62,877 nucleotides of DNA from an uncultured Candidatus Saccharibacteria bacterium. Lineage in GTDB: Bacteria; Patescibacteriota; Minisyncoccia; Phycocordibacterales; CSBR16-119. The position numbers and the translations under genes were made by a program. Shown one piece after another: positions 43,788-54,246 of the stretch. Under the pieces are notes generated by a model. That model was not told the DNA's origin and searched no databases. It saw only the letters and a list, made by a program, of their open reading frames with translations. The stretch is from assembly GCA_964652835.1 (NCBI GenBank), contig CAZZCB010000003.1, positions 1-62,877 of the forward strand, in the 5' to 3' direction. Position 1 is the stretch's first letter. The number at the start of each line of letters is the position of its first letter.

Positions 43788-44882
43788 ATGCAAATCGGAA
43801 TCGTTGGTTTACCAAATGTAGGTAAATCTACATTATTTAACGCGTTAACAAAAAAGGGAGTCGATGCTTCGAACTACCCATTTTGTACTATAGACCCGTC
43901 TGTGGGCGTTGTTTCTGTGCCAGACGAACGTCTTTGGCTTCTTTCAGATTTCTCAAAGACTAAGAAAACTGTGCCTGCCATTATCGAGTTTGTGGACATC
44001 GCTGGGCTTGTGGCCGGAGCTTCAAAAGGTGAAGGTTTGGGTAACCAGTTTCTTTCACATATTCGTGAAGTGGACGCAATACTTCAAATGGTTAGAATTT
44101 TCCCGATACAATCAGCTGGAACAGAAATAATCCACGTGTATGGCGACATCGACCCTCTTCGAGATATTAAAGTTATAAGTATGGAACTTATCTTAGCTGA
44201 TCTTGCTAGCGTGGAGAAAAGACTTGCAAATATCGGTCGCGATATAAAAAGAGGGGACAAAGAAGCTGTAAAAGAAGCGGAAGTTTTAGAAAAAGTTCGC
44301 AAGGTTTTAGAAGAAGAAAAAATGGCGAACAGTCTTTCTTTAACAGAAGATGAAAGTAAACTTATAAAAAGTTTAAACCTTCTGACTTCGAAGAAAATGA
44401 TTTTCGGACTTAACAAAAGAAGCGGAGTAAAAAATCTAGATGAAACAGATCCGGCGAAATTCAAAGAACTTACAGATTTTATAGAAAGCTCTGGTTACGA
44501 ATATGTAGTGATAGATGCGAAAACAGAAGATGAATTAAAAGATTTGTCAGCTGAAGAAAAAACAGAAATGCGAGAAGGTGGACAGGATGGTATCGACGAA
44601 CTGATAAAGAAAAGTTACAAGCTTTTAGGCCTTATGACTTATTTCACCACAGGAGTAGAGGAGACGCGAGCTTGGACTGTGCCGGTGGGTGCTACAGGTC
44701 CGCAGGCTGGCTCTGCGATTCACACAGACTTTCAAACAAAATACATCAGAGCGCAGGTTATAAATTGGAAAGACTTGCTTGACTCTGGAGGTTTCGCCGA
44801 CGCTCGTGCGAAGGGGCTTCTTCGAACAGAAGGGAAGGAATATATCGTGAAAGACGGTGACGTAATAGAATTTATGGTCTAA
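43788..44882 (+). CDS. ychF: Redox-regulated ATPase YchF
   Basis: Start at MQIGIVGLPNVGKSTLFNALT (the upstream part of the ORF overlaps the terminator); FVDIAGLV; C-terminal TGS-like RTEGKEYIVKDGDVIEF. Confidence 0.95.
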   Translation: MQIGIVGLPNVGKSTLFNALTKKGVDASNYPFCTIDPSVGVVSVPDERLWLLSDFSKTKKTVPAIIEFVDIAGLVAGASKGEGLGNQFLSHIREVDAILQMVRIFPIQSAGTEIIHVYGDIDPLRDIKVISMELILADLASVEKRLANIGRDIKRGDKEAVKEAEVLEKVRKVLEEEKMANSLSLTEDESKLIKSLNLLTSKKMIFGLNKRSGVKNLDETDPAKFKELTDFIESSGYEYVVIDAKTEDELKDLSAEEKTEMREGGQDGIDELIKKSYKLLGLMTYFTTGVEETRAWTVPVGATGPQAGSAIHTDFQTKYIRAQVINWKDLLDSGGFADARAKGLLRTEGKEYIVKDGDVIEFMV

Positions 44883-44967
44883 GGATGCTTGCCCCGCGTA
44901 ACGCAGTGAAGCGGGGCTTGCCCGCTCGTAGCTTTAGCGGAGACGGGTAATTGAGTTTATGGTTTAA
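44859..44967. repeat. Imperfect direct repeat of the ychF 3' end flanking a 58-nt GC-rich two-hairpin insert
   Basis: gacgtaatagaatttatggtctaa (44859-44882) versus gacgggtaattgagtttatggtttaa (about 44942-44967); insert contains ccccgc..gcgggg and ccgct..agcgg stems. Confidence 0.6.
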
Positions 44968-44972
44968 ATAGG

Positions 44973-45007
44973 AAAGGTCCGGGCGCCATTGGCGCCCGGA
45001 CCTTTTT
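44973..45007. terminator. Bidirectional terminator
   Basis: aaaggtccgggcgcc-att-ggcgcccggaccttttt. Confidence 0.75.
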
Positions 45008-45027
45008 CCTCTCCTTCACCCGAAGGT

Positions 45028-45177
45028 TTAGGATGAGAAGTACCCCAACACTATCGTCAGGGGTTTTGCTATTAGCGAAATGATCTTTCTCGTGTTCCGG
45101 CCCAAGGCGCCCTTGTTTACTTTCCCTTCGGAGCTGACTTGAGGTTCCGGGAATCCGTGCTTGTTTTTCTTTGCCAT
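45028..45177 (-). CDS. Possible 49-aa protein in a higher-GC spacer (below the ORF-track cutoff)
   Basis: Own translation MAKKNKHGFPEPQVSSEGKVNKGALGRNTRKIISLIAKPLTIVLGYFSS; terminator directly downstream; no obvious RBS. Confidence 0.3.
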   Translation of the reverse strand: MAKKNKHGFPEPQVSSEGKVNKGALGRNTRKIISLIAKPLTIVLGYFSS

Positions 45178-45362
45178 GCTGGTTCTTTTGTTTGGTTTGG
45201 ACTTATATTACACATTATTGACAAATTGTCAAGTATTATGTATGGGATTAAAGGAGCGCGAGCGAAGCCCGCGCTCCTTTAAAACTCCTAGTGCCTCTCA
45301 TTAGCCACTCTAAATCCCCAAAAATCATTGTAAAAAAGAGGTGATTTTGGTATAATAGACCC

Positions 45363-45989
45363 ATGATAATTACATATTTTGGTAAGCAATTCTTTAAGAT
45401 TCAGCAAGGAGATACTGTTGTTGCGATAAATCCTATTAGTAAAGATTCAAAAGAATTTAATAAAGCGAAATTCGGATCAAACGTCGTTATAACGACTACA
45501 AATCACCCAGATTATAACGGTATCGAGTCTGCAACTTTCGGTGACACAGAACCTTTTGTTATAAACGGTCCTGGTGAATACGAAGTCGGAAATGTTTTTG
45601 TTCGTGGATTTTTATCTTCTGCAGAAATCGGAAAAAAGAAATACATAAACACGATTTATTTAATAAAAGTAGAAGACATAAATATTTGTTTCTTAGGTCC
45701 ACTAGATAGTAAAGATTCACTTTCAAAAGACCTTGGCGAAGAAATAGACGAACCAGATATTATTTTTGTTCCGATAAACGGCACAGATACGATAGACGCT
45801 ACCACAGCCGTAAAAATAGCTAACTCTTTTAACGCTAAAATGGTTATCCCGATGGACTACGACAAAGAAAGTATAAAAACTTTTATCAAAGAAACAGGTT
45901 CTGAAGATGTAAAACCTGCCGACAAACTAACTCTCAAGAAAAAAGATTTTACCGGAGGAAAGATTACAGTTGCTCTTTTAGATTTTTAA
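45363..45989 (+). CDS. MBL-fold (COG2220-like) metal-dependent hydrolase family protein
   Basis: MIITYFGKQFFKIQ..DTVVAINP...TTTNHPDYNG pattern; canonical HxHxDH is degenerate. Confidence 0.65.
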   Translation: MIITYFGKQFFKIQQGDTVVAINPISKDSKEFNKAKFGSNVVITTTNHPDYNGIESATFGDTEPFVINGPGEYEVGNVFVRGFLSSAEIGKKKYINTIYLIKVEDINICFLGPLDSKDSLSKDLGEEIDEPDIIFVPINGTDTIDATTAVKIANSFNAKMVIPMDYDKESIKTFIKETGSEDVKPADKLTLKKKDFTGGKITVALLDF

Positions 45990-45992
45990 AAT

Positions 45993-46253
45993 ATGTCAGG
46001 TTTTGTTCACAATTTAAAGCAAAAACCCCAAGATGTCAGAAACAGAATTGCGATTTTTTCTGCGATGGCTATTACTTTGATTATAGTTGGGATTTGGTTT
46101 TTGGTTGTAAGGAACGGAAACACTGATGAAGATGTTGTAGAGCGTTCAGCCAGGGAAGATTTAAAACCGCTGATGATGATTTTTGGCGGAGTAAAAGAAA
46201 ACTTTCAAGAAGTAAAAGAAAATATTAACAGCGCGAAAAAAGATAATCAATAA
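45993..46253 (+). CDS. Small single-TM protein (86 aa)
   Basis: [23 protein letters not shown]; tightly packed between neighbours. Confidence 0.55.
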   Translation: MSGFVHNLKQKPQDVRNRIAIFSAMAITLIIVGIWFLVVRNGNTDEDVVERSAREDLKPLMMIFGGVKENFQEVKENINSAKKDNQ

Positions 46254-46258
46254 TTTAT

Positions 46259-48718
46259 ATGGCAAAGAAAGAAGAAAATATTCCGGAAATAATACAAAGA
46301 GACAGAATAATAAAATCTCCAATAGTTAAGGAGATGAAAGATTCTTATCTTGCTTATGCGATGTCTGTTATCACTTCGCGTGCGCTTCCAGATATCCGTG
46401 ACGGTCTAAAGCCTGTACACCGAAGAATTCTTTTTTCTATGCATAAGCTTGGAGTTACTTCGAGTGCTAAATTCGTAAAGTCTGCGAGAATCGTCGGAGA
46501 CGTGATCGGTAAATATCACCCTCACGGAGACTCTTCTGTATATGATGCGATGGTAAACACTGTGCAAGAATTCTCTTTCCGGTATCCTCTTGTATTGGGT
46601 CAAGGAAACTTCGGTTCTATCGACGGCGACTCAGCTGCGGCGATGCGTTATACCGAAGCAAAAATGTCTAAATTCTCTGGTGAACTTTTAAAAGATATTG
46701 AAAAAGATACAGTAGATTTTCGTCCAAACTTCGACGACACATTAAAAGAGCCGACAGTCATGCCGGCTTCTGTCCCGAACCTTCTTTTAAATGGAACACT
46801 TGGTATCGCTGTGGGTATGGCGACAAATATTCCTCCTCACAACCTAGGAGAAGTTGTAGATGCGACTCTACACCTCATAGACAACCCGAAAGCCACAACA
46901 GAAGATTTGGTTGAATTTGTTAAGGCACCAGACTTCCCAACAGGAGGACTTGTTTACAATAAAAAAGATATTTTAGCTGCATACTCAACAGGGCGTGGAG
47001 GTGTTGTCTGTCGCGGTGAAGCAGAAATAACAGAAACAAAAGTTGGTCAATCACAAATCATTATCACTTCTATTCCATACCGCGTGAACAAATCAAACCT
47101 AATCACTCAAATAGCAGATTTGTTCAGAGATAAAAAACTTCAAGGTCTAAAAGATTTGCGAGATGAGTCTACAACAGACATTAGAATTGCTATCGATTTA
47201 AAATCTACAGCTCATCCACAAAAAGTTTTAAATACTTTATACAAAAATACACAGCTAGAACAAAACTTCAACTTCAACATGGTTGCACTGGTTGATGGTG
47301 TACCTCAAACTCTTTCTCTAAAAGATTTCTTATCTGAATTTATTTCACATAGACAAGTTGTTGTTGTTAGAAGAACAAAGTTTGACCTTGCGAAAGCAGA
47401 AGCCAGAGCTCATATATTAGAAGGTCTTAAAATCGCGCTTGATCATATCGATGAAGTTATTAAAACTATCCGTGCATCAAAAGACAAAGATGAAGCGAAA
47501 GTAAACTTGATGAAGAAATTTAAGTTCTCTGATCTTCAAGCTATCGCAATCCTCGATATGCGACTTCAAAAGCTTGCTGGTCTTGAAAGAAAGGAAATCG
47601 AAGACGAACTTAAAGAAAAACTAGCTCTAATAAAATACTTAAAAGATTTACTTGCAAGTCCAAAGAAAATCCTTGCGCTTATCTCAGACGAACTAAAAGA
47701 GATAAGAGAAAAGTATGGTGATGAAAGACGAACTCGTGTTATAAAAGGCGGAGTAAAATCTATCTCAGAAGAAGATTTAATCCCTGAAAAAGATTCTGTC
47801 TTAGTGTATACACTTGGTGGATACGTAAAACGAACAGATCCGACAGAATACAGAAGTCAAAAACGTGGAGGTGTGGGCGTGGTAGACCTTGAAACAAAAG
47901 AAGAAGATGTGGTTACTCATTTGCTTAATACTTCAACTCACTCTGACTTACTATTTTTCACAAATCTTGGAAAAGCATATCAGATAAAAATGTTTGAAAT
48001 ACCAGAAGGTCGTAGGGCAACAAAAGGAAAATCAATCATGAACTTCCTTTCACTTTCAGCAGATGAAAAAGTTACTTCTATCGTACCGATGGACAAAGAA
48101 AAGAAAGACAACAGTGAGTATCTTCTTTTGGTTACTCGCCAAGGGGTTGCGAAAAAAGTTTCTGCGGAAAACTTCAAAGATGTTCGCCGAAGTGGACTGA
48201 TGGCGATTAAGCTAACAGACGGAGATGAGCTTTACTCTGCAAGCTTCCTCGGTAAAACAGACGAAGTTATCGTTGCGACAAAGAAAGGCCAGTCTATCCG
48301 ATTTAAAAGCTCTGACGTGCGTGAAATGGGTCGCTCAGCGGGTGGCGTACGCGGAATGAAGCTTGGAAAAGGCGACATGATCGTCGGTGTTGGAATAATC
48401 ACAAAAGATGTAAAAGATGCGACACTTTTGGTTATGTCTGAAAACGGTTTCGGAAAGAGAACAGAAATTGAAGAATATAAAACTCAAAAAAGAGGAGGAA
48501 GTGGTATAAAGACAGCTAAAGTAACAGCTAAGACAGGGGACATAGTCGTTGCGAGTCTTATCACTCCAGAAGTTTCTGAGATTATTGCAATTTCTAAGAA
48601 AGGGCAAGTTATAAAAACAGATTTAGATTCTATATCAATCCTCGGAAGACAAACTCAAGGAGTAAAAATCATGAAGCCAAGAGTAGGGGATTCACTGGCA
48701 TCACTTACTTGTTTGTAA
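46259..48718 (+). CDS. gyrA: DNA gyrase subunit A
   Basis: [26 protein letters not shown]; [15 protein letters not shown]; AAMRYTE; C-terminal beta-pinwheel repeats. Confidence 0.97.
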   Translation: MAKKEENIPEIIQRDRIIKSPIVKEMKDSYLAYAMSVITSRALPDIRDGLKPVHRRILFSMHKLGVTSSAKFVKSARIVGDVIGKYHPHGDSSVYDAMVNTVQEFSFRYPLVLGQGNFGSIDGDSAAAMRYTEAKMSKFSGELLKDIEKDTVDFRPNFDDTLKEPTVMPASVPNLLLNGTLGIAVGMATNIPPHNLGEVVDATLHLIDNPKATTEDLVEFVKAPDFPTGGLVYNKKDILAAYSTGRGGVVCRGEAEITETKVGQSQIIITSIPYRVNKSNLITQIADLFRDKKLQGLKDLRDESTTDIRIAIDLKSTAHPQKVLNTLYKNTQLEQNFNFNMVALVDGVPQTLSLKDFLSEFISHRQVVVVRRTKFDLAKAEARAHILEGLKIALDHIDEVIKTIRASKDKDEAKVNLMKKFKFSDLQAIAILDMRLQKLAGLERKEIEDELKEKLALIKYLKDLLASPKKILALISDELKEIREKYGDERRTRVIKGGVKSISEEDLIPEKDSVLVYTLGGYVKRTDPTEYRSQKRGGVGVVDLETKEEDVVTHLLNTSTHSDLLFFTNLGKAYQIKMFEIPEGRRATKGKSIMNFLSLSADEKVTSIVPMDKEKKDNSEYLLLVTRQGVAKKVSAENFKDVRRSGLMAIKLTDGDELYSASFLGKTDEVIVATKKGQSIRFKSSDVREMGRSAGGVRGMKLGKGDMIVGVGIITKDVKDATLLVMSENGFGKRTEIEEYKTQKRGGSGIKTAKVTAKTGDIVVASLITPEVSEIIAISKKGQVIKTDLDSISILGRQTQGVKIMKPRVGDSLASLTCL

Positions 48719-48731
48719 AAGATATCTTGAT

Positions 48732-48765
48732 AAAAAGCCGGCGCCGAAAGACGCCGGCTTTTTAT
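48732..48765 (+). terminator. Rho-independent terminator
   Basis: aaaagccggcg-ccgaaaga-cgccggcttttt. Confidence 0.75.
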
Positions 48766-48822
48766 TTTAACTTCTTCACAGCTATTATTACCCTCTTTGG
48801 TTTTCTGTTATATAATATAGTC

Positions 48823-49359
48823 ATGATTTTAAACTTTTCAAACCCAGAAAAAAATATAGAGCACCTAAATTTAAAAGAAGGAGCGGTGGTTGCAGACTTT
48901 GGATCAGGTTCTGGTCACTATGTTCTTCCGATTTCAAATATCGTTGGTGACTCGGGTAAAGTATACGCTGTTGATATTCAAAAAAGCTTACTTATGAAGC
49001 TTCAAAAAGATATAACTCAAAAAAGTATTAAAAACATTGAAACAGTTTGGGGAGATGTCGAAAATGTTGGCGGATCAAAGCTTCGGGCTTCGTCACTAGA
49101 CGCAGTCGTGGCTTCAAATATTCTCTTCCAAGTAGATAGTAAGTCTGGTTTCGTGCACGAATGCAATAGAGTTTTAAAGCCAGGAGGAAAAGTTCTTTTA
49201 GTTGATTGGTCAGAATCTTTCGGGGGGATTGGCCCACAGCCTCAAAGTGTTGTGGATGAGGAAACCGCTAAAAAACTTTTTGAGCAAGGAGGTTTTGCTT
49301 TGAAAGAAAGTATGTCAGCAGGAAATCATCACTACGGGATGATCTTTATAAAGGCGTAA
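48823..49359 (+). CDS. Class I SAM-dependent methyltransferase
   Basis: VADFGSGSGHY (motif I), VYAVDIQ, VLKPGGKVLLVDW. ATG 48823 preferred because the upstream ORF part spans the gyrA terminator; tataat at 48811-48816. Confidence 0.85.
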   Translation: MILNFSNPEKNIEHLNLKEGAVVADFGSGSGHYVLPISNIVGDSGKVYAVDIQKSLLMKLQKDITQKSIKNIETVWGDVENVGGSKLRASSLDAVVASNILFQVDSKSGFVHECNRVLKPGGKVLLVDWSESFGGIGPQPQSVVDEETAKKLFEQGGFALKESMSAGNHHYGMIFIKA

Positions 49360-49408
49360 TACCCACATTTACTTCTCGTTTTTGTGTTTTTAACTTAAAA
49401 TATAAGAG

Positions 49409-50728
49409 ATGAAAAACTTTCAAATAATTCTACTTGTTGTTTTTGGCTTACTCGCAGGTTTGGCAGCTGCCTTTTTTTCTGGGGCTATTAAACTTCCAAA
49501 TAAAGCCTCTGACAGCGTGACTGGCGGAGCTGCTGGAAAAGTTATTATGTGGGGGACAGTCTCCAGTCGTGACCTCAGAGAAACTATCGATTTTTTTAAC
49601 AAGCAACTAGGTGGACAGATCACTCTAAGTTATGTTGAAAAAAATCCCCTAACTTTCGAAAAAGATTTACTAGATTCTTTCGCTTTTGGTGGAACACCAG
49701 ACGTTTTTCTTCTTTCAAATGATTTAATAACCCTATATTCTGACAAAGTTATAGAAATACCTTACGAAGGATTTACACAAAGAATGTTTTCCGACACATA
49801 CATTCAAGCAGCTGATGTCTTTAAAACTGAAACAGGTATTTTAGGGTATCCTTTTTTGGGTGATCCGATGGTTATGTTCTACAACAAAGACCATTTTGAT
49901 TCTAAGGGAATAGTAGCTCCGCCGAAGTATTGGAAAGATTTCTCTACTTTGGTTCCAGAGCTGACAGAAAAAAACGAGCTTTTGGAGATCAAAAAAAGCG
50001 GTGTTGCCTTCGGTGAATCTAAAAACATAAAACACTTTAAAGAAATACTTCTAGCTATGAACATACAGCTGGGCAACAACGTAGTTGTTAGAGATTTTAA
50101 CAAAGGTTTATACGCATCAGTTTTTTCTGGAAAGTCTCTTATTTCCGCAAAACCAGCAGAAGAAACTCTAAAATTCTTTTTAGAATTTTCAAACCCTCTA
50201 AAATCTGTTTACTCTTGGAATAAATCAAGACCAGATTCGTTAACTGCTTTTGTTGGTGGGGATTTATCAATATATTTTGGTTTTGCTAGCGAAATACCTT
50301 TAGTTGCCAGAATCAATCCAAATTTAAATTTTGATATTGCAAATATTCCTCAAGTAGAAGGTTCTTCAAACACCTTAACTTATTCAAAGATTTATGCCGT
50401 TTCGGTGTCTAAGGCAAGTAAAAATCCGCAAGCCGCATTTTATGTAGCTAGTCAGCTTGCAAACGGGCAGATAGCGGCACCTTTTTCTCTTGTTTCCGGA
50501 CTTTCTCCTGTTAGAAGAGATTTACTTTTACCTACGGCTTCCGTTACTAAATTTACTGATGTTTACTATAAATCTGTAATAGCGTCCAGATCTTGGGTCG
50601 ACCCAAGTTACGAGCAAACAAATATTGTATTTAGCGATATGATAGAAAATGTTCTATCTGGACTTAAAGATTATTCAAAATCTGTAACTGATACAAATGC
50701 AGAATTAAAAGCCTTACTTGCACGATAA
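49409..50728 (+). CDS. Membrane-anchored extracellular solute-binding protein (ABC family-1 SBP-like) with no transporter partners nearby
   Basis: N-terminal TM; VIMWGT...LSYVEK...TPDVFLLSNDLI...YPFLGDPMVMFYNKD typical SBP_bac_1 features; stop overlaps the next start (taATGa). Confidence 0.75.
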   Translation: MKNFQIILLVVFGLLAGLAAAFFSGAIKLPNKASDSVTGGAAGKVIMWGTVSSRDLRETIDFFNKQLGGQITLSYVEKNPLTFEKDLLDSFAFGGTPDVFLLSNDLITLYSDKVIEIPYEGFTQRMFSDTYIQAADVFKTETGILGYPFLGDPMVMFYNKDHFDSKGIVAPPKYWKDFSTLVPELTEKNELLEIKKSGVAFGESKNIKHFKEILLAMNIQLGNNVVVRDFNKGLYASVFSGKSLISAKPAEETLKFFLEFSNPLKSVYSWNKSRPDSLTAFVGGDLSIYFGFASEIPLVARINPNLNFDIANIPQVEGSSNTLTYSKIYAVSVSKASKNPQAAFYVASQLANGQIAAPFSLVSGLSPVRRDLLLPTASVTKFTDVYYKSVIASRSWVDPSYEQTNIVFSDMIENVLSGLKDYSKSVTDTNAELKALLAR

Positions 50729-51963
50729 TGAAAAAAATAATTTATAGAAAAATATTTTCAGTTTTAATCGGTATTATAGCTGCGCTTCCACTTACGTCAT
50801 TTGCTCAATCAAACATAGCTGATGTTGCATGGGAGGTAACCCCTTCGACATATTCCGCCTACGGTGGTGGTTTTATGTCTATACCTTCAAACAGTTTGTC
50901 TTTCCAATGGCAGTTAGAAATCGGTTTTCCTGGTGAATGGACCACTAACCCAAACGGCAGTCTCGAGGTAAATGGCAACGGAGAAGTTTTTAAATATCTT
51001 CCAGCTTACTTACCTTTTTACTCATCAACGCCTCCAAATCTAACCTATAATATATCATCAGGGCTTTATAGATTTGATTTACCTCAAAATCTAATCGGCA
51101 CACTTTGGCCAGCCTCAAACTACTATCTTGATATTGTAGAGTGGGAATTAGGGATGGTGGGTCAACAAATAGTAGGTGAGCCACTAAGAGATTATTTTAT
51201 ATTTACAACTGATCCTATATCTAATCTAAGTCTAAACGTAAACACTCAATCAAGCGGGTCTGTTTCTCTGGGTCTCCAAGTTCCAGCCGGTGTAAACGTA
51301 TACAGTCCTCAGGGGGCAACATCAAACTTTGGTATGCCTGTAGATTTTTATCTTTTATCTCAAGATAGAAGTGGTGAGCAGATTGAAGATGTAGATCCCG
51401 CTTTGATACTTTGGTCATCTGTGGACGAAGAGGTTTTTAACTCGACTGGATTCATATCTGTAACAGTTGATTCCGGAATAATAAACCCTGGAACGGCTTA
51501 TTATTTAAAGATGATAAATAGTAGAGATAGGGCAGGTGCGCTTCCTATTACTGCGTCAGATATTTTAATACAAATACCAACACCTACAGAAGAAGAAACA
51601 GGGGGTGGTGGATCTAATCCAGGGTTTCCAGCTTCGGGAGAAGAATTTGAAAACGGACTTATTACTTGCGACGAAAGTCCGGGTAACGAATGTAATTTCG
51701 AAAAACTCCTTCTTGCCGTAAATAAAATAATTCGATTTATTGTATTTGTTATCGGAATTCCAATAGTTACACTTATTTTTGCTTACGCTGGATTTTTAAT
51801 GGTTACAAGTGGTGGAAATCCAAGTAAAAAAGATGAAGCCAAAAGTCTAATAGGTAACGCCGTCGTAGGGCTTATCGTCTTGCTCGGAGCTTGGATTATT
51901 GTTCGTACTGTTTTGGTAGTCTTTGGATATACTGGTCCATTATTAGGAATCTTAGGTGCATAA
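50728..51963 (+). CDS. T4SS-pilin-like (TrbC/VirB2-like two-TM) domain fused to a ~300-aa unique ectodomain
   Basis: Signal peptide ..LTSFAQ; Gly linker TGGGGSNPG; C-terminus IGIPIVTLIFAYAGFLMVTSGGNPSKKDEAKSLIGNAVVGLIVLLGAWIIV. Confidence 0.7.
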   Translation: MKKIIYRKIFSVLIGIIAALPLTSFAQSNIADVAWEVTPSTYSAYGGGFMSIPSNSLSFQWQLEIGFPGEWTTNPNGSLEVNGNGEVFKYLPAYLPFYSSTPPNLTYNISSGLYRFDLPQNLIGTLWPASNYYLDIVEWELGMVGQQIVGEPLRDYFIFTTDPISNLSLNVNTQSSGSVSLGLQVPAGVNVYSPQGATSNFGMPVDFYLLSQDRSGEQIEDVDPALILWSSVDEEVFNSTGFISVTVDSGIINPGTAYYLKMINSRDRAGALPITASDILIQIPTPTEEETGGGGSNPGFPASGEEFENGLITCDESPGNECNFEKLLLAVNKIIRFIVFVIGIPIVTLIFAYAGFLMVTSGGNPSKKDEAKSLIGNAVVGLIVLLGAWIIVRTVLVVFGYTGPLLGILGA

Positions 51964-51964
51964 T

Positions 51965-52903
51965 ATGAATAATCAATTTTTAAAAATATTTTTTTCGGTA
52001 ACATTTTTATTAACAGGATTTTTGTTTTTAAATGTTGAAAAAGTTCACGCAGAATGTGTTGTTTTATCTGCTAATTTTAGAGTTGTAAATGCTCAAGGCC
52101 AACCAACACAAATAACTCCATCATCTTGGTATACTGAAACAGCCCCTCCTTTTGCGTACATAGATATCCAGACCTCTGGTTGTTCCGGACCAAATAGTTT
52201 TAATCTCAGTGTTACAGAGCTAGACGATCAGGCTGGGTTAGATAATGTGAATGATGATGATCTCGAGGGTTTTGATAACAGGCCTATTTCCGTCAGTGTT
52301 CCAAACTTTACTTTAGTGGTGAGAGTGGGTGAGAATGAATGCGAGTCTGTAACAACCAACTCTTTTGACTGCCAGAATTATATAAGGATAAACGATGACG
52401 TTTTAGGAGGTGTAAATGATTTCTCTCAGACATCAACTCTTGTTTATGATTGCGATGGAACCTGCCAAGATGATAATTATTGGGTTTATATAACAGAAAT
52501 AGCTTATCAATCTGTTTACAGCGGAGATACTTTACTTCAGCAAAACAATCAAAATAACCAAGGCGGAAACTCTTCAACCAGTGGTCCAGGTATTGCCGGC
52601 CAAGACATAGACATAAATATTCAAAACCCAATAGGTCCAAGCGATATGACTCTTGTTGATTTTATCCAAAAAGTTATCGACTTTGCCTTAACCATCGGTA
52701 TACCTATTATAGCTATTGCCATAATCTACGCCGGACTTTTATTTGTTACTGCTCGTGGTAATGACAAACAACTCGAAACAGCTAAAAATGCTTTCACATA
52801 TGCAGTCATCGGCGGGGCAATACTTTTAGGATCTTTTATTTTTGCAAAATTAATAAAAGATACGATAGAAACCATTGCTATGATTAATATTTATTTTGGA
52901 TAA
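51965..52903 (+). CDS. T4SS-pilin-like domain fused to a ~210-aa Cys-containing ectodomain
   Basis: ATG 51965 (aggtg 7 nt upstream) preferred to GTG 51956; Q/N/G linker; C-terminus IGIPIIAIAIIYAGLLFVTARGNDKQLETAKNAFTYAVIGGAILLGSFIF. Confidence 0.7.
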   Translation: MNNQFLKIFFSVTFLLTGFLFLNVEKVHAECVVLSANFRVVNAQGQPTQITPSSWYTETAPPFAYIDIQTSGCSGPNSFNLSVTELDDQAGLDNVNDDDLEGFDNRPISVSVPNFTLVVRVGENECESVTTNSFDCQNYIRINDDVLGGVNDFSQTSTLVYDCDGTCQDDNYWVYITEIAYQSVYSGDTLLQQNNQNNQGGNSSTSGPGIAGQDIDINIQNPIGPSDMTLVDFIQKVIDFALTIGIPIIAIAIIYAGLLFVTARGNDKQLETAKNAFTYAVIGGAILLGSFIFAKLIKDTIETIAMINIYFG

Positions 52904-52904
52904 T

Positions 52905-53705
52905 ATGAATTTTTTTAAAAAATTATTTTTTCTAAGTTTGTTGCTGGTTTCGATCCCTGAATTTTCGCTTGCCGCTGGTTCAGCTACCTTTACTTATCCA
53001 CCAGCAGTAACTTTTCAAACCAGCGGAAGCTTGGTACAGGTTATCGCTGAAGGGTCTATAACCCTGCAATCCGCGACCGAAGACGACTTTTTTTTAGGTG
53101 TAAAAACTTTTACCGGCAATACGCCACCCACCCAGGAACAAATAGATAACCCAGAAAGTTTAAATTTTATTAGTACTTCTCTCGGGGGTACAGCATTTAA
53201 CTCTTCCGCAAATCTTTCCCCAGGAACTTCTTATTACTTTATATTTAAGATAATTCCAAATGGCGAAAATATAACAGGAGATATTGAAGTTGTTCCTGTA
53301 AATACCCCGGGTTCTTCTGCTGGTGGGGTAACACAAGATCCTCCGTGCGAAGGTTGTGCAGTCGATACTAGCGACTCATCTGGAAGTTATGTGGGCTGGC
53401 CACAGGAAGTTATCGACAACCCTTTGGCGGTTAGTGACCTAAATAGTTTTATCGTCGGTCTTCTAAACGCTCTTCTTAAAATCGGTATTCCAGTTCTTAC
53501 AATATTTTTGGTTTACTCAGGTCTAAGGCTTGTTATGGCAAGAGGAAATGAAAAAGAGCTTGAAGATGCAAAGAAAAATTTACTATGGGTTATAATAGGA
53601 GGAGTAATACTGCTAGGTTCGTGGACCATAGTAAGAATTTTAAAAGGCACGTTCGATGAAATAGATTTAGCATTGATTAATAGTTTAATAAGTCACATAG
53701 TTTAA
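52905..53705 (+). CDS. T4SS-pilin-like domain fused to a ~170-aa ectodomain
   Basis: ATG 52905 preferred to TTG 52896; signal peptide ..FSLAAG; C-terminus IGIPVLTIFLVYSGLRLVMARGNEKELEDAKKNLLWVIIGGVILLGSWTIV. Confidence 0.7.
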   Translation: MNFFKKLFFLSLLLVSIPEFSLAAGSATFTYPPAVTFQTSGSLVQVIAEGSITLQSATEDDFFLGVKTFTGNTPPTQEQIDNPESLNFISTSLGGTAFNSSANLSPGTSYYFIFKIIPNGENITGDIEVVPVNTPGSSAGGVTQDPPCEGCAVDTSDSSGSYVGWPQEVIDNPLAVSDLNSFIVGLLNALLKIGIPVLTIFLVYSGLRLVMARGNEKELEDAKKNLLWVIIGGVILLGSWTIVRILKGTFDEIDLALINSLISHIV

Positions 53706-53706
53706 T

Positions 53707-54117
53707 ATGAAAAAATATTTAGCAAGTTTTTTTACGGTAATAATACTCCTTTCACCTTTAGTTTCTTTGGCACAAGGAAATGTCACAGTTAGCTATGTTA
53801 ATGGAAACCAGTCTGGAGTTTCTTGTACAAACCTAGAAGTTGAAAGTCTTCAATCTCTGCTTGGTTTAGCTACTTGTATATTAATAAAATCTCTTTGGCC
53901 TCTACTTCTTACTATCGCTGTAATCGTATTTATTATCGGCGTTATTAAATATATTGCAAACGGAGATGATAGCGCCAAAAGAGAAGAGGGAAGAAACTTT
54001 ATTCTTTATGGACTTGTTGGTCTTTTCGTTCTAGTTTCTGTTTGGGGACTCGTCGGTGTCCTACAAGGAACATTTGGACTAGAAAGCACTCCTGTTATTC
54101 CACAGTTACAAGACTAG
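53707..54117 (+). CDS. T4SS-pilin-like small protein (136 aa)
   Basis: Signal peptide ..VSLAQG; two-TM hairpin LLLTIAVIVFIIGVIKYIANGDDSAKREEGRNFILYGLVGLFVLVSVWGLV. Confidence 0.7.
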   Translation: MKKYLASFFTVIILLSPLVSLAQGNVTVSYVNGNQSGVSCTNLEVESLQSLLGLATCILIKSLWPLLLTIAVIVFIIGVIKYIANGDDSAKREEGRNFILYGLVGLFVLVSVWGLVGVLQGTFGLESTPVIPQLQD

Positions 54118-54246
54118 TCTTGCTCTACTTGGTGTTATAATTAAATAGAATATAAATTCCGCACTCATGGCGTGGTCATAAATTATGGTCGCTCCTTGGT
54201 TCGGAGTTTATGTAGATTATTATTAGTTTTTATAAATATTTATTCT

